DNA of 63,599 nucleotides, counting the filler, from Octopus bimaculoides (taxonomy: Eukaryota), in the NCBI RefSeq assembly GCF_001194135.2. It is 5 parts of 4 records of this genome, joined end to end, with 100 filler letters (N's around TTAATTAATTAA, not from the genome) between each part and the next. Parts side by side here need not be neighbours in the genome. Positions count along the whole stretch, not along the records: positions 41,451 to 62,107 come from NC_068984.1; 4 more parts are not named here. One strand, written 5' to 3'. The position numbers and the translations under genes were made by a program. The notes under the pieces are model-generated. The model was not told the origin of the DNA. It worked only from the letters and a program-made list of their open reading frames with translations, and made no database searches. Below, one piece after another: positions 48,300 through 61,686 of the stretch (within the stretch, counting starts at the first letter, position 1; the number at the start of each line of letters is the position of its first letter).

Positions 48300-49460
48300 G
48301 AGTATTATAACATGTACGCAGTCTGAGGATAAATTAATCCATTAGCCCTTACCACGGTAATCCTTGTGTCGTTGTGTCTTTAGTCCTTTCTGCCCGGTTC
48401 AAAAACCCAACAAGATTGTTATGATCATGGAGCAAGTCTCTTCTTTTCACTAAGCCATAAAGGAAAATAGATAAAAAAGGCCGTTACATGATCGCCACTC
48501 ATATCGCTTGAAGGGGTTTCTGTATGTACTAGAATATCTGTTCGTCCATAGTGATACACTTTTCTTTAACTTATTTTCCATTCTTGTTTCAATGTAAGCA
48601 AGCGCGATAAAAATAAACAAGGACCCAAAAGTATGGCTATAAAGACTGGAGGTCACTAGCAACTCTATAAAAACTTGTGGTCAAGGAAATCTGATAAGAA
48701 TGAATACAAGGATCGGTCTTTCTACCGACCGCTTTGTTAAGCGGTCAGTAGTATACATTCAGGGCTTAGTCTGTTAGCCACATTTCAGGTACCAGACGTT
48801 CAATTTTAGTTTCCGCTTGACCTAGTATTACAGCACAGCCAAAGAGATGAGCGGCGGAAGGACATGTCGTATGAACATATGTCCAAGAATTCCTGCTGTT
48901 TCAGATTTAGTGCGTGTTTGTGTATCATCAACCATAGTATCCCGTGATTCTTTTGGATTAGGCGTTGGAAGCAGATGGACCGCCTAATTAAAGGAACCTG
49001 TCTCTTTTACTAGAAACGAAAAAGTGTAACTCCTATTCCAATCTGGTGAGTTATTTAAAGCAAAATCAGGCGGTAGTCCCTTATCGAAGCGAGGGAGATG
49101 TTAACCACTAACACTTCTCCTTTAGGAACATCCCCATCTCAGCCCAATTCTGTATGAGATTGGTCATCCTGGTTGTCATTTCTCAGTTTTATCCTCCTGA
49201 AAGTCTAATTCGAACTAGACACCTTAACTTCGGTCTGGTGAGAAAAGTCACTATCCCGCACGGTGCCGTGTTGTATTCCCATTGATTCGTGGTTATTTCC
49301 TCTCCTGATATCTCCTGATACTCCTCTAGAACACTACTGACCATATCGATTTCCGATGGTTCCAACACTATTATAGCGACGTCGTCTGCACAAGCAGACA
49401 CGACTTTCTGTGTTTCAGGAGACAAAATTCTTCTGACATAATTATGTCTCATTGATGGAT
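48300..49460 (-). mobile_element. Decayed Tx1/L1-group LINE (RT and C-terminal remnants)
   Basis: VSACADDVAIIV...EID.VSSVLEEYQEISGE (YADD region), plus IALAYIETRME further downstream. Confidence 0.65.
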
Positions 49461-50706
49461 TATGTGTAATATTGATGTCTGAAAATTTAGGTTAGTAGAT
49501 TCAAAACAGTAAACAGTCTCTAAAATATTAGGCATCTTAGAAATGCAGACAAATAATTACCCAAACGCCAAGATTTAGCATTACATATATAGCACATACG
49601 GAGGATAAGTATGGCTACGTTCAACATACATAGACTGCTTTCAGTACAATAAAGATACGGACAAAAGCAGGAGAGCAAAGCATTGTTTGTAAGCGAAGAC
49701 ATTTATGTACTGCACTCGGTGTGCTGTGAAAGTTTGTAATAAAAAACTAAAACCACAGAAAGGAAATTAAGTCTGATCTTGAGATTGAAATCAGCGAATT
49801 AGACCAGAACCACTCACGCAAATAATGAGTAATAGAGTAAATTTGATAAGAGATAACAGACAGAACTGAAAGAGAATGTTGGGGCAGGAAACTATAGAAG
49901 CGTCACAATGATTTTAAAAACTGAAGTCGTTTCATTGCCAGTAATAAGGTAATAGGTATGAAGATAAGTGTAAATAATACAGGAAACTACTAGTAAGCTG
50001 ATATAGATAGAATATATGTCCACCGCTCGAGGTCCGATACAAATAGAAAACTACTACAAAATCACAACTGTAGAACTAGAAAAATACGTAGAAGCAAGCG
50101 AACAGAGAATAAAAACGAATGTTGAAGAAAACTTTTCTCTCCAAAAAAGAAACGGTAAAATGGAAACTGGAAACTAGCAATATTGAAGGAAAAGATTTAA
50201 GTATAAAACAGCAGAAATATTTTTAGCAAAATTAAAATCAAAAAGGACTCTAAAAATATGTTAAAGAAAAGTGGGGAGGAAAACGAATTCTCTGTATTTA
50301 GTCTATCGGTATCTTTTGCCGAACTGCTAAGTTACGGGGACGTAAACACATCAATGTCGGTTATCAAGCGGTAGTGTGACACACACACATACACACACAC
50401 ACTCTGACATACACGACAGGCTTCTTTCAGTTTCGGTCTACAAAATCCACTCTCAAGGCTTTAGTCGGCGCAAGGCTGTAGTAGAAGACACCTGCCGAAG
50501 GTGCCACAGGGTCGGACTGAACCCGGCACTCCTGCGCTATGGTACGCTATTCTATTGATCAAGAAAGGATGAAAGGCAAAGTTTATCTTGGCCGAATTTG
50601 AACTTAGAGTACAAAATACCATAGAAATGCCGCTAAGCATTTTGTCCAGTGCTGTAACGATTCTGCCAGCTCGCCACCTTAACAACAACAATAATAATAA
50701 TAATAA

Positions 50707-50960
50707 TGGCCGATGAAAAAGGTAGCAGTAGTACCAATAATTGTCGGAGCCCTGGGAACAGTGAGCAGAAATCTCGAGAAGTACGTGGAAGAAATAGGGG
50801 CTGCAATAAGAGTGGAGCACTTGCAGAAAACAGCACTGCTTGGAACCACTCGAATACTCCGGAAGGTGCTCGATAAATAAGGAGTGTTACCTTAATTCAC
50901 TGTTAGTAAATAGCTGACACTGTAATACATCTCCAGCGTTAAAAGCTGTGCAAAGGCAAT
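50707..50960 (+). mobile_element. Dong/R4-clade LINE 3' end within (AAT)n
   Basis: WPMKKVAVVPIIVGALGTVSRNLEKY...LQKTALLGTTRILRKVLDK* (50707-50880); same subfamily as 36080. Confidence 0.9.
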
Positions 50961-50984
50961 AATAATAATAATAATAATAATAAT

Positions 50985-51018
<34 letters not shown>

Positions 51019-51544
51019 GCTCTGATGCAGTACCAAGAGGTGGCTTTCATGGCTTCTCATCTTAACTGGCTGGAAGTGTTGTCATGTGCATTGTTTTGTC
51101 TTGGTATAAAAGATGGGCTACAGTAAATATTCTGCTCAATACCACAGATTTGCTTGTCAGTTGTTTGACCTTATCCAGTTGAGCATGTCCCTTGGTGGCT
51201 GACGATATGTTCATCTCTGACCATGAGCAGAAGTAGTGGGGGAGCATCATAGCCATGTGTTGAGAGGAATTCTTTGGCCTTTGAATAATTCACCTCTGAA
51301 AACATGGGTGTTTTGTTCATCGTCCTTAAACAAACCTCATTCAGGGACCTTTTGAGCAGGATAGGCTACTCGACCTGTGAGGTCATGCGCTGTTTATCTT
51401 AATATGAGATCACCATGTCGCACACATATGGTTGTGATGCATGTGCCTGGTGTACCCTTATCAGATGGGTAGTCATGATGAGTATAATGGGCTTGTATAT
51501 TTTACCCCAGTGTCACTTTGATGGCATTCACTGCTCTCTCACTC

Positions 51545-51581
<37 letters not shown>

Positions 51582-52169
51582 GTCAAAATTAAAAGAAGAG
51601 TGCCATTTGCTATCTCGTGAACAATATTTCGACATCTTGCGTGTCTTCCACTGNNNNNNNNNNNNNNNNNNNNNNNNNNNNNNNNNNNNNNNNNNNNNNN
51701 NNNNNNNNNNNNNNNNNNNNNNNNNNNNNNNNNNNNNNNNNNNNNNNNNNNNNNNNNNNNNNNNNNNNNNNNNNNNNNNNNNNNNNNNNNNNNNNNNNNN
51801 NNNNNNNNNNNNNNNNNNNNNNNNNNNNNNNNNNNNNNNNNNNNNNNNNNNNNNNNNNNNNNNNNNNNNNNNNNNNNNNNNNNNNNNNNNNNNNNNNNNN
51901 NNNNNNNNNNNNNNNNNNNNNNNNNNNNNNNNNNNNNNNNNNNNNNNNNNNNNNNNNNNNNNNNNNNNNNNNNNNNNNNNNNNNNNNAGGAGGAGTTACC
52001 TCAATCCTTTCTATATAAACGAAAATGAAGTAGATTGACAAATTTATTTTTTGAACCAGTGGAAGACACGCAAGATGTCGAAATATTGTTCACGAGATAG
52101 CAAATGGCACTCTTCTTTTAATTTTGACTATATATCTTCAGGAGGAGTTACCTCAATCCTTTCTATATA

Positions 52170-52221
<52 letters not shown>

Positions 52222-52225
52222 GAAT

Positions 52226-52515
52226 GAGATAAGAAAGTTATGGGGCATGAGGAAAGTAATGGTGATACCGGTGGTAATTGGAGCATTAGAAGCAGTTTCC
52301 AAGGGCTTTGAAAAACATAACAAGAATATTGGAGCTGCTGCGAGGCTCGAAGTGATCTAGAAGACAGAATTGTTGGACACAGCTCGCATTCTAAGGAGAG
52401 TATTGCCTCTTTGAGTCACAGGAAAAGGCACTACTTGAGGTCTTTTGTGATTTGCTATTGTCTGCTTTTGAGTAAAGAATAACTGGTAATTGAGAACTAT
52501 CGGAGAGTCTTTCAG
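52226..52515 (+). mobile_element. Second Dong/R4 subfamily 3' end within (AAT)n
   Basis: EIRKLWGMRKVMVIPVVIGALEAVSK...TARILRRVLPL* with one internal stop; different 3' UTR. Confidence 0.85.
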
Positions 52516-52524
52516 AATAACAGA

Positions 52525-52565
<41 letters not shown>

Positions 52566-52873
52566 GAAGAAGAAGAAGACGAAGAAGAAATATGAACTCA
52601 CTGGACACCAGTCTATTACTTCACTACTTCTTTGGAGAACGTAGTCCTAAATATATTACGTTTGAACATTAGATGGAATGGTCAAGGTCGGAACACTTTT
52701 GATGGTAGTTCTGCTGTATCAGAATTGAGCTGGGTGCTAAACAACAACAACAACAACAGCAGCAGCAATAGTTGCTACACAGTTCCACATACGCCTTGTC
52801 CATTGATGCAATATTAATTCCCAAAAGTCTGTCCTTTGAAAACACTTGTCATAATGTAAATTTTATAACCAAA

Positions 52874-52928
52874 TTTCGCGTCACACCGGACTATAGCATT
52901 GTTCACTCTCAAACCGGAAGTCACGTGA
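52874..52928. promoter_or_regulatory. Candidate promoter motif cluster (TTTCGCG; overlapping ETS CCGGAAGT and E-box GTCACGTGA)
   Basis: Motifs seen directly in non-repetitive, CpG-richer sequence; no linked exon identified. Confidence 0.3.
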
Positions 52929-53335
52929 TATATTTGTTGGCTGGCTACCGTCCCTATCATGGCAATCTCTACAATTCGTGACAACATTTGCCGTTAATCT
53001 CAATATCATAAGCTTATTATATACGTTTATGTACACACACGCACAGGTACGTGCGAATGTCCTCTTCGAGACAAACTCACTTTCCATTTGTCTCTGTGTG
53101 TATATGCATATTTGTAAATGTATGTATGTATGTATGTATTATGTATCCATGTATGTATATGCGTATGCATAAATATGTGAGCGTGAGGGAAAATACATAT
53201 ACACATACTTATTTATACATACATACATACATACATATATACATACAAGCATACACACACATACACACACATACACACACATACATATATATTTATATCA
53301 TTCTATCTGGACTTATTAATTGATAGATAAATAAG

Positions 53336-53376
<41 letters not shown>

Positions 53377-53404
53377 TCGTATTTATTTATAGGAATTCCA
53401 GTCT

Positions 53405-53680
53405 CCCATATCTCTTCAGAAAGAATTATCTTTGACAGAGTTGCACCCACTATAACGAGACGTCAGTAAGGAGTAGTGCTAGCGAGTAGTTGTGTACATC
53501 TTAAATACCCTACTCACAGTCTCGAAGAGAGTTAGAAAGCGGAAAGTAAGCTAGTTCAATCCTCCGCTCAACCTAGACGTCTGCACAATCGTCACCAGGA
53601 ACTTTTTATCCTTAATTAGGCAGCACTTTCCAAGTACGCACGGTTAACATAAGATGTTTAAATGTGCTGAATCGGAAGGA
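53405..53680 (+). mobile_element. Decayed Naiad-type PLE RT C-terminal fragment
   Basis: SSERIIFDRVAP; RKRKVS*FNPPLNLDVCTIVTRNFLSLIRQHFPSTHG*HKMF (WFNPP...HFP motif). Confidence 0.75.
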
Positions 53681-54464
53681 ACTTTGTCACGATTGTCAAG
53701 AATAGACCCTCTTGCTTTCGATTGTAATTGCAGTGAAATTAAACATTTCATTAAAATTTTGGAATGGTATTTAAAACGAATAGTTTGAAATGATTTGAAA
53801 ACAGAGAGTTCCGTTGATAGCAGTAAAATGACAGTTCAGTATTATTAAAGAATACAGTGAGCTACTGCAATATGTGCACTTTCTTGTGGAAAGTTACACG
53901 CCCCTGGTGAATAGGAGGGGGGCCTTGTCGAGGATGTTCTCTTTTACAGAAGGTGGGGCATTTTTTGCTGTTCCATTTTAAGTCTCCCGAAAGGATTATT
54001 AATTACGAAATATAAACAAACAAATCAGGACATAGGTGCAAAATATGTGAAATGTTTGTTAGACAGGTGAAATAATTGTTAGACAGGTGAAGATGATGAT
54101 TTTATCAAATACAGCGTTTTAATGATCTATTCTTGCTTAATGCAAAACCTGGTAAAACGTACTATTATCATTATTGCATTCTGAAGATGAGGCCGTGAAT
54201 ATCTTGTTCAGAAATGTTGATGGAATTTACGAAAAAGTCTTCTATAAAAATAATATTAAGTTGTAACGTGTTCATATTTTCAGAATAACGTATGAAAGAA
54301 AAGCTGTTCATTATATGCACACACACACATAAAGAGAACGAGGCTATTTTCTTTCGAAAGTGCTCAATATATAAGTCAAATAAATTAAATCAGTTGGGGC
54401 TACGACAGCGTCTGCTTGATAAATGAAACGGAAATCGTAGAATCTCGAATACACAGTATACAGA

Positions 54465-54495
<31 letters not shown>

Positions 54496-55077
54496 TGTAT
54501 GTGTATGTGTGTGTTGGTGTGTGTGTGTGTATGTATGTATGCATGTGTGTTTCTCTTCTGTTTATAATTATTTAAATTCTTCCTATAAGGAAGGAGCTGG
54601 TTTCTAACAAGGAGTATGTATGTATGTATGTATGTATGTATGTATGTATGTGTGTGTGTATGTGTGTGTGTGTGTGTGTGTAAATTAGTCTATCACTACG
54701 TATCTAAATACATGCAAAGTCCGATAGGACAATGTGACACAGCCTTGAAATGCGCAAATTTGCGACTAAGCGTTCGCTAATTTCCACACATAATTTGCTC
54801 ATCACCACCACCACCACCACCACCACCACCATCACGAGCATCATCATCATCATCACCATCACCCCACCTCTCAAGAGCAGCTGTAGCAGCAGCAACTACT
54901 ACTACTACTACTACTATAGTTTCATCATTGCATATTAGATATTGGGTAGAGTGTTGCTCTCTTGTTGAGGTCGGCCTCACTGTTTTGACCTTTCAAATGT
55001 CACTCAACAAAATGAATCGGGTTTAACAAAACTCATCCGTAAAATAACAAAACAAAATAACTTACATAACATAAATG

Positions 55078-55119
<42 letters not shown>

Positions 55120-55208
55120 GCAACAACAACAACACTACGAGCAGCATCAGCAACAACAGCAGCAGTAGTAGCAGCATCACCACCACCACCACCAACATCA
55201 CCACCACT

Positions 55209-55240
<32 letters not shown>

Positions 55241-55493
55241 CAACAATCATTTCAACTATAGGCACAAGGCCTGAAATTTGGGGGTGGGGGTGGGGGTAGA
55301 CGATCACATCGACCCCCGTGAGTAGCTGATACTTATTTAATCAACCCCGGAAGGATGAAGGACAAAGTCGACCTCGGCGCAATTTGAAGTCAGAACGGAA
55401 AGACAGACGAAATGCCGCTAAGCATTTCGCCCTATGTGCTAGCGATTCTGCCAGCTCGCCGTCTTAACAGCAACAACAACAATAATGATGATT

Positions 55494-55525
<32 letters not shown>

Positions 55526-57634
55526 AATAATGAAAATCAGGAAATCAAAACGGAATTGCAACAACGACGATAACGAAAACAACGAGAACATCACCTACAA
55601 CACCACCAACAAAACAACAGCATCATCGTCATCATTATCATCATCAACGACAGCAAAATAAATAATAACAAAAGAAAAATTACCACAGCATCAATGACAT
55701 CAGGAAAGACTTAAATAATCGCAATAGCAACACCAACATTAGCAACATCTTCAAAAATCGCAATAACATCAATATGGACAGCAACGGTGTCAAAAGTAGC
55801 ACCTTCAACAGCAATAAACACTAACGATAGCAAAACCAAATAGCAACAGCATCATTAGCAACAACTTCATCAACAGCAACAATAGCAACAGTAACAACTT
55901 CAACAAGTATAACAGCAACAACAACATGACAAAAACCTCAGTAGTAACAACATCCGCAACTAACGAGGGAGAACGTCTATGTCGTCATCACCCGACCTGC
56001 TAGAAATAACAATCCAACTTCTCTCAAATCATGCTCTGTGTCTTAAATAACAAGTGAACACATTTGTTAATGTAGTCCTAGCTGTCATGGCAGTCATGTT
56101 AATGTAGTCAAGGCAGTCATGGCTGGAATGCTTTTGTTAATTCCAAATTTGGCATCAATTTTTGTCTTTAAGCCAGGAATATAAAATTACCAACTTTTCG
56201 GCAATTTAGGAACATTTCCAATGGGGTTAATTCTTCGATTAATAGCATTCTATTAATCTAAAATGGAAGTAGTTTCTACAAAACATTTTCAAATGTTAAA
56301 TTAATTTCTTACAAAGCCAACACGCCACATCGGCCGAATAATTATATTATATTTGCCATGAGTCAAACTTTAAACTGCATCCGGTACCAGGGACCTTGGT
56401 ACGAGAGTTCCAAGGTCTTGAGGAGCGTGGAACCACCTCTTAGCTACTTTCGTTCCCAGGCCTACTCTGACCTAGAGTAGTGGCATCTGTTAGGGTCCCA
56501 GCTATGGATTAATTAGCAAGGACACCACTCGCTTCAAACTCAGACTGCGTCTATTCTAATAATCGGCGGTGACTTGGTCAGCGAATCCTCTGCCACGATC
56601 GACAACCAGCGGCAAGATGAGCTGCTACAGATCACACTATCCCAAAGTGTGTATGCATGTGAATAAGGACCACATGTGAATATGTATTCCTAATGAAACT
56701 CCGAACATGAACTTTACACCTCAACAGCGAATGACGAATATGGTTACGGCATACGCGTTGTCCGATGTGCTTGCTCTCCCGCTGGGACATTTGTCAAACT
56801 TTGAAGCTGGATTTTGGGCTCCATGCAGAAGCATTACTTCGCTTGCTGGGACGTTAGAGCCGACCGTCAGATGTGATTAGCATTCATGAGAAACGTGGTG
56901 AATTCATTGGTCGGAGCTGGCTCAACCCAGCCTGAGTGAATACCGCCGCAGGTACACGTAAGTAATCTTATTACAGAAGGACAATCGGGGAACAAGATTG
57001 CCATGTAACACGCTGCTAATAAAGAGAGACACAATAAAGCGTGCATGCAGATGTGCAAGGAAAAGTTTACCGGATTAACTTTCTACATGAAAGAGATTAT
57101 TCGGCATTGATTCTTTGGTTCGAGAAAATTCAGCTGCCAATGGTTGTTACTTGGAAAAGGTTGTGAAGTAGATAAACTCAGTCGGAAGTGCTTCTTCCTA
57201 TGTTCACTGAGAAACGTGACCTAGCCAATTGGGACACAGCCAGTAGGGAAGCAAGGGGAGTGACCGCTCCCCACGAACACGTTATTCAAAATTGTCCCCT
57301 TTTCTACAGTTAAAAAAAACAAAAAAACTCTAGTTCACTTCTGCGATAAAAGTCAAATCTCTTTTCTTTGTTAATCGCATGACCTTGGAAAAACTTTCTG
57401 GGGTATTACTTTATTTGATCAACATCCCATATTTTTGAATTGTCTGCTCAATTTCCCGTGATGTGTTGGTGGCTGCTGAAGAACCGAAACAAACCCTGAC
57501 GTCATAACCTCTCAACACTGGACCATCCTGTGGACTTTCATCTTTTTCACGTTACACCTATATCAGTAGTTTTAAAGTTTCATGCATAATGACATTGTTA
57601 CCGAAACATGAAATTAATGAATATAGAATACAAT

Positions 57635-57666
57635 TACCCTAACCCTAACCCTAACCCTAACCCTAA
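57635..57666 (+). repeat. Interstitial telomere-type repeat (TAACCC)n
   Basis: About 5 units seen directly. Confidence 0.9.
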
Positions 57667-58344
57667 TGAAATATTTCGCAGAATATAAGAGAAATGAATT
57701 AAAAAATTGCTTGGTATGCGTCACGTCACCATTTTTTATGTAGTCGCTTCTAACTTTTGAACCTGGTTATGCCTCCGGTTAAAAGGCAAATAAACTAATT
57801 TTTATGAAGAATAACCTGTACACTTTGAAAGTTCATATGGGTGGGAAAAGAATTTGAAGTTACCTAAACTTGCCCCCAGTTCTAAGTCCTGCGCCTCATA
57901 GCGCCAAAATACCAGCTCCTTTTAGATGTAATCGTTGCACTTGAGTATTACACATCGGAAGGAAATACTAAGAATGGAATTTACAGTCAACCTATTAGTG
58001 CAAGCGTACCTAAACCCTTCACCCAGGGTGGATCAAATGGCTTTTGTACATGAATCAGATCTATTCAAAGACATCAGCAGGATTAACGGGATTCAGGGTG
58101 AATCAAAACAACCAGTTAGCTCTCGGAAAATCAGTTAGTTTTGATCGACATAGGCGCAGGCGTGGCTGCGTGGTAAGAAATTCGCTTCTTAACCACATGG
58201 TTCCAGGTTCAGTCCCATTGCGTGGCACCTTGGGCAAGTATCTTCTATAGTCTCAGGCGTTGTGAGTTGATTTGGTTGATGGTAACTGAAAAGAAGCCCG
58301 CCGTGTATGTATGTATGCCAAACGAACTTCCACCAACTATTCTG

Positions 58345-58376
<32 letters not shown>

Positions 58377-58377
<1 letters not shown>

Positions 58378-58680
58378 GAGGGTGAGTCAAAAAGTAATGC
58401 CATTTTGTTTAGGACGAGTATAATTAGCAACACAGGAACATGTATCATACATCAAAATGAAGCTGGTCCTCTGTGGATCACATCCCTACTTCTCAACATA
58501 GTCACCGTTTCTCTCAATAGCAATGTTCCACCTTCGAATGAGAGCATGTATCCCTGCCCCGTAAAATTCTGTTGACTGTTCGTTGAGCCACTTCTTCACA
58601 ACAGTTTTCACTTCCTCGTCACTGGAATAATTTTTGCCTCTCAAACCCTCTTTCATAGGGCTGAAGAGATGATAGTCCAG
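58377..58680 (-). mobile_element. Mariner right end with transposase C-terminus
   Basis: 58680 to 58486 reads LDYHLFSPMKEGLRGKNYSSDEEVKTVVKKWLNEQSTEFYGAGIHALIRRWNIAIERNGDYVEK*; TIR abuts (TA)n; same family as 7931. Confidence 0.9.
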
Positions 58681-59177
58681 TAATGATTATAAGATACACA
58701 CACACAGACATACATTAACGCACACCTCAACCCTATCTCTGTCCTTGTGTGTGTGTGTCTGTCTGTCTTTAGATGTTTGCGTGCGTGTGTGTGTGTCAGT
58801 CGTTACAAAAATGTATGTATACTGACAGATACATACACCATCACACACATATGCATGCCTGTCATCTGCCTAACGTACATAACGAACGTGCGAACACACT
58901 CATATTAAAAAAATGTGACGTCATCGTGGTTGTGGTGGTGGTGGTGGTAAAAGATGTCGTTTACGATAGGTGACTATAAAAGAAAATTGATAATGTTCAA
59001 TTTTTGTAATGCAAATATGTGAATGAAAATATAGTTTAGTTGGTAGCCAAAATCTTACTGAATCTTTTGACACCTCAGATGTCGAAATCAGCAACTCACT
59101 TCTGGAATGCATAAGGAACATACACACACGCACACACACACACATACAAACTCTCTTTTGTAGATATAGATATATAC

Positions 59178-59545
59178 ACAACTGGTACTTAATTTATTGA
59201 CCCCAATAGAATGAAAGGCAAAATCAACCTCGTCGGAATTTGAACTCAGAGCACAAAGAAAGACGAAATACCGCTAAGCATTTCGCCCGGCGTGCTAACT
59301 TTTTGCCAGCTCCCCGCCTTAAAATATATACTTTTCTATTCTAGATACAAGGCCTGAAATTAGAGGGGTGGGGGGCAGTGGATTAGATCGAACCAGTACG
59401 CAACTGGTACTTAATTTATCGACCCCAATAGGATGAAAGGCAAAGTCGACCTCAGCGGAATTTGAACTCAAAACGTTACGGCAGACGAAATACCGCTAAA
59501 CATTCCGCCCGGCGTGCTAACGTCTCTACCAGCTCACCGCCTTCA
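59178..59545 (-). mobile_element. Tandem pair of SINE S1 copies
   Basis: Two adjacent S1 units at about 59178-59320 and 59345-59545. Confidence 0.85.
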
Positions 59546-59954
59546 TAATATCCAATCTTACAAGAAGTGAAAGTTGCTTTCTTTAACGCAGCTCTTCCAG
59601 ATCTAACCTCGTTCATTCAGATATTCTCCATCTTTAGATGTTGAATTTACAACAAGCAAATGAAATTTCTTGGCTGAATGTTCGCTCTTTACTTGTTATA
59701 TATGTTATTTCCACCACAACTTTCTCTCATTCTTTCTTCCTGTTTCTGTTGTACCTGTATTTAAAAGGACCAGCCTTGTCACACTCTGTGTCACGCTGAA
59801 TCTCCCCGAGAACTACGTTAAAGGTACACGTGTCTGTGGAGTGCTCAGCCACTTACACGTTAATTTCACGAGCAGGCTGTTCCGTTGATCGGATCAACGG
59901 GTACCCTCGTTGTAGTAACCGACGGAGTGCCACGATATATATATATATATATAC

Positions 59955-59988
<34 letters not shown>

Positions 59989-61527
59989 TTCTTTCGTTGC
60001 TCGAAAAAAAGTTTGTTTTCCATGTTTTTGTTTTTTATGTTCTCATTTTTCATTTTGTTCACGTTTATTTTGACGTCCTGTACCCATATATGCATGTATA
60101 TATACATACATATATAGGTATGTACATATATGTATGTATATATGCATATATATATATTATTTATATTAATATATANNNNNNNNNNNNNNNNNNNNNNNNN
60201 NNNNNNNNNNNNNNNNNNNNNNNNNNNNNNNNNNNNNNNNNNNNNNNNNNNNNNNNNNNNNNNNNNNNNNNNNNNNNNNNNNNNNNNNNNNNNNNNNNNN
60301 NNNNNNNNNNNNNNNNNNNNNNNNNNNNNNNNNNNNNNNNNNNNNNNNNNNNNNNNNNNNNNNNNNNNNNNNNNNNNNNNNNNNNNNNNNNNNNNNNNNN
60401 NNNNNNNNNNNNNNNNNNNNNNNNNNNNNNNNNNNNNNNNNNNNNNNNNNNNNNNNNNNNNNNNNNNNNNNNNNNNNNNNNNNNNNNNNNNNNNNNNNNN
60501 NNNNNNNNNNNNNNNNNNNNNNNNNNNNNNNNNNNNNNNNNNNNNNNNNNNNNNNNNNNNNNNNNNNNNNNNNNNNNNNNNNNNNNNNNNNNNNNNNNNN
60601 NNNNNNNNNNNNNNNNNNNNNNNNNNNNNNNNNNNNNNNNNNNNNNNNNNNNNNNNNNNNNNNNNNNNNNNNNNNNNNNNNNNNNNNNNNNNNNNNNNNN
60701 NNNNNNNNNNNNNNNNNNNNNNNNNNNNNNNNNNNNNNNNNNNNNNNNNNNNNNNNNNNNNNNNNNNNNNNNNNNNNNNNNNNNNNNNNNNNNNNNNNNN
60801 NNNNNNNNNNNNNNNNNNNNNNNNNCCACCACCACCACCACCACCTACCCCATAATTACCCGGCCTAATGTCTGTAGAATCGTGTCATTCACAATTCCAC
60901 GTTTCACATAAGACCACATCTCTTGCATAATCTTGTCTATTTACGAGACAATGTCTACCCTGCCTTCCCTAAAGCTCTGTTTATTAAGAAGATCGAGTCT
61001 AAGACCTTCAACACGTGTACCGAAAGGACCATGTCTATCATAGGACAAGTTCCGTCTAAATATTCTACAGATTAGTCTGTGTCTATCACACTATTGACTC
61101 TTACAAGATTGTCTTTAAGACCGTATTATATAACAAGACCTTGTGCTTAACAAGAGTGTGTCTTTATGACATCAAAGTACTCTGTCTTTCAGAAGATCAG
61201 TTACAACATAATATCATGTCTAACATAAGACCATGTCTGAAATAAGACCACGTCTAAGAAAGAAAGAATAAATATTATGAAATGGTACGTTAAATAGCAA
61301 AAGGGGGAATTAATTTTATTAGGACCCCCCACCCTAAACCGTCAAGACACGATCGAAAATAGCGATATGTTACGTACAATACATTGGCTATGCTTCTACA
61401 ATCGTGGCTTGCTTCTCAACCACATGGTTCCAGGGTCAGTCCCACTACGTGACACCTTGTGCAACTGTCTTCTACTATAGCCCCAGGCAGAGCAAAGCCT
61501 TGTGAGTGGATTTGGTGGGTCGATTTG

Positions 61528-61615
61528 GTTTCGGCTGATATACCGCCCAGCCTTCATCAAGTGTCTTGGAGAAATTTCGAACCTGGGTTCTAATTCCTAA
61601 GGTATTTTTCGATAT

Positions 61616-61686
<71 letters not shown>

